Below are positions 56,837 through 64,000 of a stretch of 64,000 bases of DNA, piece by piece. The translations under genes and the position numbers were made by a program. Under the pieces are notes generated by a model. That model had not been told where the DNA came from and ran no database searches. It saw nothing but the letters and a program-made list of their open reading frames with translations. Numbering within the stretch: the stretch's first letter is position 1; the number at the start of each line of letters is the position of its first letter. The DNA lies in contig CAVVVF010000004.1 in the NCBI GenBank assembly GCA_963751665.1, positions 210,141-274,140 of the forward strand. Reading direction: 5' to 3'. Source of the DNA: an uncultured Actinomycetes bacterium. Lineage in GTDB: Bacteria; Actinomycetota; UBA4738; HRBIN12.

Positions 56837-57744
56837 ATGGGTCACAAGGTCAATCCGTACGGGTTTCGGCTGGGGGTCATCTACACGTGGAAGTCCAACT
56901 GGTTCGGGGGCCGCGACTACGCGGACGCCCTGCACCAGGACGTCTGGATCCGCAAGCACATCCGCAGCCGCCTGTCCCGGGCCGGCATCTCCAGCATCGA
57001 CATCGAGCGCAAGGGCGACCAGATCTGGGTGTTCATCCGTACGGCCCGCCCGGGCATCGTGATCGGCCGCAAGGGCGCCGAGGTCGACCGGATCCGCCGG
57101 GACATCGAGCGGGTGACCAAGAGGCGGGTCGACGTCAAGGTCGAGGACATGAACTCGGCCGCCAGCCAGCTCCGGCCGGAGACCGACGCCACGCTCCTGG
57201 CTCAGGGCGTGGCCGAGCAGCTGGCCGGGAGGGTCTCGTTCCGCCGGGCCATGCGCCGGGCCGTCCAGACCGCAATGCGGGCCGGGGCCCTCGGCGTGCG
57301 GGTGCAGTGCGGCGGCCGCCTCGGCGGGACCGAGATGTCCCGTCGCGAGTGGTACCGCGAGGGCCGGGTCCCGCTGCACACGCTCCGGGCCCGCATCGAC
57401 TTCGGCACGGCGGAGGCGAAGACGACGTTCGGGCAGATCGGCGTGAAGGTGTGGGTGTACCACGGCGACGAGATCCCGGCCGCGGAGAAGGAGACCGAGC
57501 TGGCCCGGGCCCGGGCCCTGGCGCACGTGTCGGCCGGAGGCGCCTCCACCGGGGCGCTGATCACCGACCAGGCCGAGGCCGAGGCCATCGAGACCGAGGA
57601 GCCGGCGCGTCCCGGAGCCGAGCACAGATGGCGGCGAGGAGGCCGGCGAGAGCGGGACGCCCCCCGAGGTCGAGGCGACCGTCGAGGCGACCGTCGAGGC
57701 GACCGTCGAGCGACCGCCGGCGCGCCGAAGGGAGCGAGGCCTGA
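56837..57744 (+). CDS. rpsC: 30S ribosomal protein S3 with acidic C-terminal tail; two 1-nt insertions (57608 and ~57705-57740)
   Basis: [42 protein letters not shown]... is the intact core. The tail switches from frame 2 to frame 3 at 57608 (...[38 protein letters not shown]). It must switch again to reach TGA 57742-57744, which overlaps the rplP ATG. Length 908 nt = 302 codons + 2. Confidence 0.88.
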
Positions 57745-58163
57745 TGCTCGCCCCCAAGAAGGTCAAGCACCGCAAGGTCCACCGGGGCCGGATGCGGGGC
57801 CGGGCCAAGGGTGGGACCGAGGTGCACTTCGGCGACTACGGCCTGGTGGCCCTGCAGCCGGCGTGGATCACCAACCGCCAGATCGAGGCGGCCCGGGTGG
57901 CCATCACCAGGCACATCCGCCGTGGCGGCAAGGTGTGGATCAACATCTTCCCCGACAAGCCGTTCACCAAGAAGCCGGCCGAGACCCGGATGGGCTCGGG
58001 CAAGGGCAACCCGGAGGGATGGGTGGCGGTGGTCAAGCCGGGCCGGGTCATGTTCGAGCTCTCGGGCGTGACCGAGCAGGTGGCCAAGGAGGCCATGAGC
58101 CGGGCGGCCCACAAGCTCCCCATCAAGACCAAGTTCATCAGCCGGGCGGGGGGGTCGGAGTGA
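57744..58163 (+). CDS. rplP: 50S ribosomal protein L16
   Basis: Intact 139 aa: [66 protein letters not shown]... Confidence 0.95.
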   Translation: MLAPKKVKHRKVHRGRMRGRAKGGTEVHFGDYGLVALQPAWITNRQIEAARVAITRHIRRGGKVWINIFPDKPFTKKPAETRMGSGKGNPEGWVAVVKPGRVMFELSGVTEQVAKEAMSRAAHKLPIKTKFISRAGGSE

Positions 58164-58561
58164 CCAGGGTCGCCGAGTTCCGCGAGCTCCCCGAGGAGCA
58201 GCTCATCGAGCGGCTGGAATCCCACAAGGAGGAGCTGTTCAACCTGCGGTTCCAGCTGGCCACGGGGCAGCTCGACAACCCCATGCGCATCAAGGACGTT
58301 CGGCACGACGTGTCGCGGATCCTGACCGTGCTGCGCGAACGGCACCTGGAGCAGGACGTCGAGGAGGAGGTGGCCCGGGCGGACACGGAGGCCCTGGCCG
58401 AGTCCCGCCGGGCCCAGGCCACCGGCAGGAAGAAGGGCGAACCGCTCGACGTGATGCTCGAACCGGGCGTGGAGCTCGCTGAGACCGAGGGATCCGAGCC
58501 GGAGACCGGGAAGCGAACGAGGCGGAAGCGAGCGAGCAAGAAGGAAGCGAGCGCGACGTGA
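58160..58561 (+). CDS. rpmC: 50S ribosomal protein L29 with ~60-aa charged C-terminal extension
   Basis: GTGA overlap with rplP: [61 protein letters not shown], then an extension to a stop that overlaps the rpsQ GTG. Confidence 0.88.
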   Translation: MTRVAEFRELPEEQLIERLESHKEELFNLRFQLATGQLDNPMRIKDVRHDVSRILTVLRERHLEQDVEEEVARADTEALAESRRAQATGRKKGEPLDVMLEPGVELAETEGSEPETGKRTRRKRASKKEASAT

Positions 58562-58824
58562 GCCAACCGAACGAACGTGGCCGGCGGAAGGTCCGCACCG
58601 GCGTCGTGGTGTCCGACGCGATGGACAAGACCGTGCTGGTCAAGATCGACCGTCAGATCCGCCACCCGCTCTACCAGAAGATCGTTCGGCGCTCGTCAAG
58701 GCTTGCGGCGCATGACGAACGGAACGACGCGCACGTGGGCGACACCGTCCGCGTGGTGGAGACCCGCCCCCTTTCGAAGACCAAGCGGTGGCGGGTCGTG
58801 GAGATCGTGGAACGGGCGAAGTGA
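58558..58824 (+). CDS. rpsQ: 30S ribosomal protein S17
   Basis: Intact 88 aa: ...[72 protein letters not shown]. Confidence 0.95.
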   Translation: MSQPNERGRRKVRTGVVVSDAMDKTVLVKIDRQIRHPLYQKIVRRSSRLAAHDERNDAHVGDTVRVVETRPLSKTKRWRVVEIVERAK

Positions 58825-58831
58825 GGGAGCG

Positions 58832-59200
58832 GTGATCCAGCAGGAGACCCGGTGCAGGGTCGCGGACAACACGGGGGCCAGGGAGGTCCTGGTGATCCGC
58901 GTCCTCGGGGGCTCCCATCGCCGCTACGCCGGGATCGGCGACGTCGTCGTGGGCTCGGTCAAGGACGCCCTCCCCGGCGGCGCCGTGAAGAAGGGCGAGG
59001 TGGTGAAGGGCGTCGTGGTCCGCACGGCCAAGGAGCGCCGACGCCCCGACGGCTCCTACATCCGATTCGACGACAACGCCGTGGTCCTGATCAACGACCA
59101 GCGGAACCCCCGGGGGACCCGGATCTTCGGCCCGGTGGCCCGCGAGCTCAGGGAGAAGCGGTTCATGAAGATCATCTCGCTCGCGCCGGAGGTGCTGTGA
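58832..59200 (+). CDS. rplN: 50S ribosomal protein L14
   Basis: GTG start: [65 protein letters not shown]... Confidence 0.95.
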   Translation: MIQQETRCRVADNTGAREVLVIRVLGGSHRRYAGIGDVVVGSVKDALPGGAVKKGEVVKGVVVRTAKERRRPDGSYIRFDDNAVVLINDQRNPRGTRIFGPVARELREKRFMKIISLAPEVL

Positions 59201-59202
59201 CG

Positions 59203-59541
59203 ATGCCGGGCGTCGACATCAAGAAGGACGACACCGTGCAGGTGATGACGGGAAAGAGCCGCGGCCACCAGGGCCGGGTGGTCCGGGTGCTGCCCAAGGA
59301 CGGGCGGATCCTGGTGGAGGGCGGGGCCATGGCCAAGAAGCACCAGCGGGCCACGGGCCGCCGGTCCACCAGCGGACAGCAGCTCCAGCAGGGCGGCATC
59401 ATCGACATGGAGCAGTACGTCGACATCTCCAACGTCCAGATCGTGTGCAAGTCGTGCGGCCGGCCCACCCGGGTCGGCCACGAGGTCGGCTCCGACGGCA
59501 AGAAGGTCCGGATCTGCAGGAAGTGCGAGGCGGAGCTGTGA
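59203..59541 (+). CDS. rplX: 50S ribosomal protein L24 (with C-terminal CxxC...CxxC zinc-ribbon-like tail)
   Basis: [40 protein letters not shown]... (KOW). The tail reads ...[32 protein letters not shown]. Confidence 0.93.
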   Translation: MPGVDIKKDDTVQVMTGKSRGHQGRVVRVLPKDGRILVEGGAMAKKHQRATGRRSTSGQQLQQGGIIDMEQYVDISNVQIVCKSCGRPTRVGHEVGSDGKKVRICRKCEAEL

Positions 59542-60119
59542 GCGAGCGCTACGTGCCCCGGCTGAAGGTCCGCTACCGCGAGGAGGTCCTCCCGCGCCTC
59601 CGGCAGGAGCTCGGGTTCGCCAACTCCATGCAGGTCCCCCGGCTCCAGAAGGTCGTCATCAACATGGGCGTGGGTGACGCCCTGAAGGATGCTCGTATGC
59701 TGGAGGCGGCCACCCAGGACCTGGCCGTCATCACGGGGCAGCGGCCGGTGGTGACCAAGGCCCGGAAGTCGATCGCCGGCTTCAAGCTCCGGGAGGGCAT
59801 GTCCATCGGGGCCAAGGTCACCCTCCGGGGCGACCGCATGTGGGAGTTCGTCGACCGGCTCATCACGGTGGCCATCCCCAGGATCCGCGACTTCCGAGGG
59901 CTGTCCCGCCGGTCGTTCGACGGTCACGGGAACTACACGCTCGGGCTGACCGAGCAGCTGATCTTCCCGGAGGTCGACTACGACAAGGTGGTGAAGGTCC
60001 GGGGGATGGACATCACCGTCGCCACGACGGCGAGGACGGACGACGAGGGCAGGGCGCTGCTGATCGCGCTGGGGTTCCCGTTCGAGGGAGCACCGGCCGT
60101 GAGCGCGGCGGCCTCGTAG
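59538..60119 (+). CDS. rplE: 50S ribosomal protein L5
   Basis: GTGA overlap with rplX: [48 protein letters not shown]... Confidence 0.95.
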   Translation: MSERYVPRLKVRYREEVLPRLRQELGFANSMQVPRLQKVVINMGVGDALKDARMLEAATQDLAVITGQRPVVTKARKSIAGFKLREGMSIGAKVTLRGDRMWEFVDRLITVAIPRIRDFRGLSRRSFDGHGNYTLGLTEQLIFPEVDYDKVVKVRGMDITVATTARTDDEGRALLIALGFPFEGAPAVSAAAS

Positions 60120-60131
60120 CGAGGGGACGAG

Positions 60132-60317
60132 ATGGCAGGGAAGGCGAAGATCGAGAAGCAGCTCAAGCCGGCGAAGTTCGCCGTGCGCGAGTACACCAGG
60201 TGCCGTCGGTGCGGCCGAGCGCGGGCCGTCTACCGCAGGTTCCTGCTGTGCCGGATCTGCTTCCGGGAGCTGGCCCACATCGGTGAGCTGCCGGGGGTGA
60301 CGAAGGCTTCATGGTGA
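60132..60317 (+). CDS. rpsN: 30S ribosomal protein S14 type Z (zinc-binding)
   Basis: Intact 61 aa with [10 protein letters not shown]...[22 protein letters not shown]. Confidence 0.95.
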   Translation: MAGKAKIEKQLKPAKFAVREYTRCRRCGRARAVYRRFLLCRICFRELAHIGELPGVTKASW

Positions 60318-60730
60318 AGGCGCTCGTTCGGACCAACGTCACCGATCCCGTTGCGGACATGCTCACGAGGATCCGCAACGCCAACGTGGCCTACAAGGAC
60401 GACCTGCTGGTGCCGGCGTCCAAGCTCAACAAGGCCATCCTCAAGATCCTTGCGGCGGAAGGGTTCGTGGATGGCTTCGGGGGCGAAGGGGAGGGCGTCC
60501 ACCAGGCCCTCCGGGTCCGCCTGAAGTACGGAGCGAAGCGAGAACGGACCATCACCGGCCTCAAGAGGATCTCCACGCCCGGCCGCCGCGTGTACGCGGT
60601 GCGCGACAAGCTTCCCCGGGTCATGGGCGGGCTCGGCATCGCCATCCTGTCCACGTCCCAGGGCGTGATCACGGACCGGGAGGCCGCTCGCCGCGGGATC
60701 GGCGGCGAGGTCCTGGCCCACGTGTGGTGA
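60311..60730 (+). CDS. rpsH: 30S ribosomal protein S8
   Basis: ...[44 protein letters not shown]...; intact. Confidence 0.95.
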   Translation: MVKALVRTNVTDPVADMLTRIRNANVAYKDDLLVPASKLNKAILKILAAEGFVDGFGGEGEGVHQALRVRLKYGAKRERTITGLKRISTPGRRVYAVRDKLPRVMGGLGIAILSTSQGVITDREAARRGIGGEVLAHVW

Positions 60731-60740
60731 GGACGAAGCC

Positions 60741-61292
60741 ATGAGTCGGATCGGAAGGCAACCCATCGAGATCCCGAGCGGCGTCGAGGTCGCGGTCGAC
60801 GAGGACGCGACCGTGACCGTGAAGGGGCCGCGGGGAACCCTGTCCCGGCGGCTGCACCCCGAGATGCGCATCGTCCGCGACGACGGCGCGATCCGGGTGG
60901 AGCGCCCCAGCGACGAGGGTTTCCACCGGAGCCTGCACGGCCTCACCCGCACCCTCATCGCGAACATGGTCGAGGGCGTGACCAAGGGCTACGAGAAGCG
61001 CCTGCAGATCGTGGGCGTCGGCTACCGTGCGGCCCTCCGGGGGAAGGACCTGGAAGTCTCGGTGGGGTACTCGCACCCGGTCCACGTCCCGTGTCCCGAC
61101 GGCATCGAGTTCGAGGTCCCCGCCCCCACCAGCGTGGTGATCCGCGGGAACGACAAGCAGCAGGTCGGGCAGATGGCCGCGGACATCCGGCAGATCCGCA
61201 AGCCAGAGCCGTACAAGGGCAAGGGCATCCGGTACGAGGGCGAGTTCGTTCGGAAGAAGGCCGGCAAGGCGGCGAAGGGCGCGACGGCATGA
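60741..61292 (+). CDS. rplF: 50S ribosomal protein L6
   Basis: Intact 183 aa: [42 protein letters not shown]... Confidence 0.95.
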   Translation: MSRIGRQPIEIPSGVEVAVDEDATVTVKGPRGTLSRRLHPEMRIVRDDGAIRVERPSDEGFHRSLHGLTRTLIANMVEGVTKGYEKRLQIVGVGYRAALRGKDLEVSVGYSHPVHVPCPDGIEFEVPAPTSVVIRGNDKQQVGQMAADIRQIRKPEPYKGKGIRYEGEFVRKKAGKAAKGATA

Positions 61293-61660
61293 GGACCCTC
61301 CAGCGTGGCACCGACAAGCGCTCGGCGCGGGCGCGCCGGCACCTCCGGGTCCGGCGCAAGATCTCGGGCACGGCCGCGCGCCCGCGCCTGGCCGTGTACC
61401 GGTCCAATCGGCACATCTACGTGCAACTGATCGACGACGCCTCCTCCCGCACGATCGCCTCGGCGTCCGATCGCGAGGTCGGTGGGGGCGGGACCAAGGT
61501 CGACAAGAAGGTCGTGGCCAAGGCCGTGGGCGCCCTGATCGCCGACCGGGCGAAGCAGGCGGGCGTCCAGGGTGCGGTGTTCGACCGTGGCGGGCGGCTG
61601 TATCACGGCCGGATCGCCGCGCTGGCCGATGGGGCCAGGGAAGGGGGATTGGCGATCTGA
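61289..61660 (+). CDS. rplR: 50S ribosomal protein L18
   Basis: ATGA overlap with rplF: ...[47 protein letters not shown]...[24 protein letters not shown]. Confidence 0.95.
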   Translation: MRTLQRGTDKRSARARRHLRVRRKISGTAARPRLAVYRSNRHIYVQLIDDASSRTIASASDREVGGGGTKVDKKVVAKAVGALIADRAKQAGVQGAVFDRGGRLYHGRIAALADGAREGGLAI

Positions 61661-62259
61661 TGCGACGGTACGACGCGTCCACCGGAGACAAAGGCATGTA
61701 CGAGGAGCGGGTCATCTCGATCAACCGCGTGGCCAAGGTGGTCAAGGGCGGCCGCCGCTTCTCCTTCGCCGCGCTCGTCGTGGTCGGCGACGGCGCGGGG
61801 CGCGTCGGCGTGGGCTACGGCAAGGCCAAGGAGGTCCCCGCGGCCATCGCCAAGGGGGTCGAGGAGGCCAAGCGCAAGATGTTCGAGGTCCCGATGATGG
61901 GGACCACCATCCCGCACCAGGTGACCGGGGAGGACGGCGCCGGCATCGTGCTCCTCAAGCCCGCCGCACCCGGCACCGGCGTCATCGCCGGCGGCCCGGT
62001 CCGGGCCCTGGTCGAGTGCGCGGGGATCAAGGACATCCTGTCCAAGTCCCTGGGCTCGAGCAACGCGATCAACATCGTGAAGGCGGCGGTGGCCGGGCTG
62101 CGGAGCCTGAAGCGGCCCGAGCAGGTGGCGCGGCTCCGCGGCCGCAAGCTGAGCGAGGTCGCGCCCAAGCCGATGCTCTCGGCCGTGGCCGCCGCGGACG
62201 AGCGGATGCAGGCGGCCCGGGCGGCCAAGCTGGAGGAGGCCTACGGTGACCAGGCTTAG
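61660..62259 (+). CDS. rpsE: 30S ribosomal protein S5
   Basis: Intact 199 aa: ...[51 protein letters not shown]... Confidence 0.95.
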   Translation: MRRYDASTGDKGMYEERVISINRVAKVVKGGRRFSFAALVVVGDGAGRVGVGYGKAKEVPAAIAKGVEEAKRKMFEVPMMGTTIPHQVTGEDGAGIVLLKPAAPGTGVIAGGPVRALVECAGIKDILSKSLGSSNAINIVKAAVAGLRSLKRPEQVARLRGRKLSEVAPKPMLSAVAAADERMQAARAAKLEEAYGDQA

Positions 62260-62431
62260 GGTCACCCAGGTCCGGAGCGTGATCCACCGACCCAAGGATC
62301 AGAAGGCCACGGTCCGCCGGTTGGGCCTTCACCGTCTCGGCCACACGGTGGAAAAGGACGACCGCCCGGAGATCCGGGGCATGATCGCCAAGGTCAGCCA
62401 CCTGGTGAAGGTCGAGGAGGTAGCCGAATGA
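62246..62431 (+). CDS. rpmD: 50S ribosomal protein L30
   Basis: Intact 61 aa: [55 protein letters not shown]. Confidence 0.93.
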   Translation: MTRLRVTQVRSVIHRPKDQKATVRRLGLHRLGHTVEKDDRPEIRGMIAKVSHLVKVEEVAE

Positions 62432-62865
62432 AGCTCCATCACCTCCGCCCGGCGGAGGGCGCCACCGAGCCGAAGCGGCGCGTCGGCCGGGGCAGGGCCG
62501 CCCGCCGAGGAAAGACCGCCGGCCGCGGCACCAAGGGATACGGAGCCCGCCACAACCCCAAGCTGGGTTTCGAGGGCGGCCAGATGCCCCTCCAGCGACG
62601 GGTGCCCAAGCTGAAGGGCTTCACCAACCGCAACCGGGTCGAGTTCTCGGTGGTGAACGTGGAGACCCTGGCCCAGGCGTTCGAGGGCGGCGAGGTCGAT
62701 CCCGCCGCCATGCTGGCGCGCGGCCTGATCCACGGGGGAAGGCCGGTGAAGGTGCTGGCCCGGGGGGAGATCGGACTGGCCCTGACGGTCAAGGCCCATG
62801 CGTTCTCCGAGGCCGCCCGAGCCAAGATCGAGGCGGCCGGAGGCAGGGCCGAGCTCGTCACCTGA
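62428..62865 (+). CDS. rplO: 50S ribosomal protein L15
   Basis: Intact 145 aa: [37 protein letters not shown]... Confidence 0.95.
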   Translation: MKLHHLRPAEGATEPKRRVGRGRAARRGKTAGRGTKGYGARHNPKLGFEGGQMPLQRRVPKLKGFTNRNRVEFSVVNVETLAQAFEGGEVDPAAMLARGLIHGGRPVKVLARGEIGLALTVKAHAFSEAARAKIEAAGGRAELVT

Positions 62866-62885
62866 CGGGGTAGAATCGAGTTCTC

Positions 62886-64000
62886 GTGCTGCGCGCCTTC
62901 GTCAACGCCTTCAAGGTCCCGGACCTTCGCAAGAAGATCCTGTTCACGCTGTTCATCATCGCGATCTACCGGTTCGGCTCGCACGTGCCCGTCCCCATCG
63001 TCGACATCAGCCGGCTGACGGCCGCGTTCAAGTCGCAGGGCCAGGGCGGGTTCCTGTCGTTCATCGACCTGTTCTCCGGCGGCGCGCTGACCCGGATGGC
63101 CGTGTTCGGCCTGGGGATCATGCCGTACATCACCAGCTCCATCATCATGCAGCTCCTCGACCGTGGTGATCCCCAAGCTCGAGCAGTGGCAGAAGCAAGG
63201 CGAGACGGGCATCAAGAAGATCAACCAGTGGACGCGCTACGTGACGGTGGTCCTGGCGCTCCTCCAGTCCACCGGCCTCGTGTTCCTGTTCCACTCCGGG
63301 GCCCAGCAGCTGAACGGCGTCGACGTGTTCCGGCCGGGGACGTTCACCGCGCCGAACATCGCGCTGATCGTGCTGATCATGACGGCCGGCACGGCGGCGA
63401 TCATGTGGATGGGTGAGCTCATCACCCAGCGCGGGATCGGCAACGGCATGTCGGTCCTCATCTTCGCCAGCGTGATCTCCCGGCTCCCGACCGAGGGCCG
63501 CGCGATCCTGTTGCAGAGCAACGCGAAGTTCATCGTGGTCCTGTTGATCGGCCTGGCCCTCGTCGTGGCCGTGGTCTTCGTCGAGCAGGGCCAGCGGCGG
63601 ATCCCGGTCCAGTACGCCAAGCGCGTCGTGGGGCGCAGGATGACCACCGGCGGCAGTACCTACATCCCGCTCAAGGTCAACCAGGCCGGGGTCATCCCGA
63701 TCATCTTCGCCTCGTCGGTCCTGTACTTCCCGACGCTCCTGGCCAGCGTGTACCACGCCAACTGGTTCACGAACTTCGTGAACAACTACGTCACGAACCA
63801 GCGGAGCCTGGTGTACATGGCCATCTACGGCATGTTGATCGTGTTCTTCGCCTACTTCTACACGGCCATCGCGTTCAACCCCGTCGATACCGCGGACAAC
63901 CTCCGGAAGTACGGGGGATTCATCCCCGGGATCCGGCCCGGCCAGCCCACGGCGAACTACCTGAACGACGTGCTCGTACGCATCACGTTGCCCGGGTCGC
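62886..64000 (+). CDS. secY: preprotein translocase subunit SecY (3' end beyond window); 1-nt insertion at 63159
   Basis: GTG start: ...LRAFVNAFKVPDLRKKILFTLFIIAIYRFGSHVPVPIVD...GIMPYITSSIIMQLL. After removing the G at 63159 it continues VVIPKLEQWQKQGETGIKKINQWTRYVTVVLALLQS... to the window end. Confidence 0.92.

Noticed and set aside
56837-58561. 574-aa ORF as a single protein
   Set aside because: It is S3 reading through, because an indel removed access to its stop. It then runs out of frame across rplP and back in frame with rpmC. The individual genes rpsC, rplP and rpmC are clearly separable.

Overview
High-GC bacterial chromosome segment, probably a deep-branching Actinomycetota-like lineage (inferred from gene order and protein sequences only). 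Its backbone is the conserved block tRNA-Trp-secE-nusG-rplKA / rplJL-rpoBC / rpsL-rpsG-fusA-tuf / S10-spc ribosomal operons, running to a truncated secY at the window end. That normally contiguous block is interrupted four times. (1) An AAA/DUF4143-type ATPase with four 23-bp tandem repeats lies between nusG and rplK. (2) An accessory island of about 34 kb (4.24-38.1 kb) lies between rplA and rplJ. (3) A small XRE regulator lies between rplL and rpoB. (4) MarR and an inositol-monophosphatase-like gene lie between rpoC and rpsL. The island encodes a compact type IV pilus set: pilB, pilC, three minor-pilin-like proteins, pilA and a convergent pilT. It also encodes an apparently single ~11-kb gene for a giant surface protein (S8 peptidase, ~21 DUF11 repeats, Ig-like and C-terminal domains), an orphan NarL-type response regulator, and a glycosylation module (WbpB/E/D-like sugar enzymes, GtrB-like GT2, YfhO-like GT-C, flippase-like protein). 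The remaining island genes are a TPR lipoprotein, a membrane-anchored collagen-like protein and a ~10-repeat Ig-like protein. The most interesting signal is a ~100-bp conserved module present in three gap-free alignable copies upstream of the pilB operon, pilA and the giant adhesin gene. It can be read as a shared operator plus weak promoter, or as a structured leader RNA. The consensus has many 1-nt indels, including in rpsL, rplB, rpsC and secY, and an in-frame TAG in fusA. Apparent pseudogenes are therefore probably sequence errors. All family assignments are by-eye motif recognition; no database search was possible.
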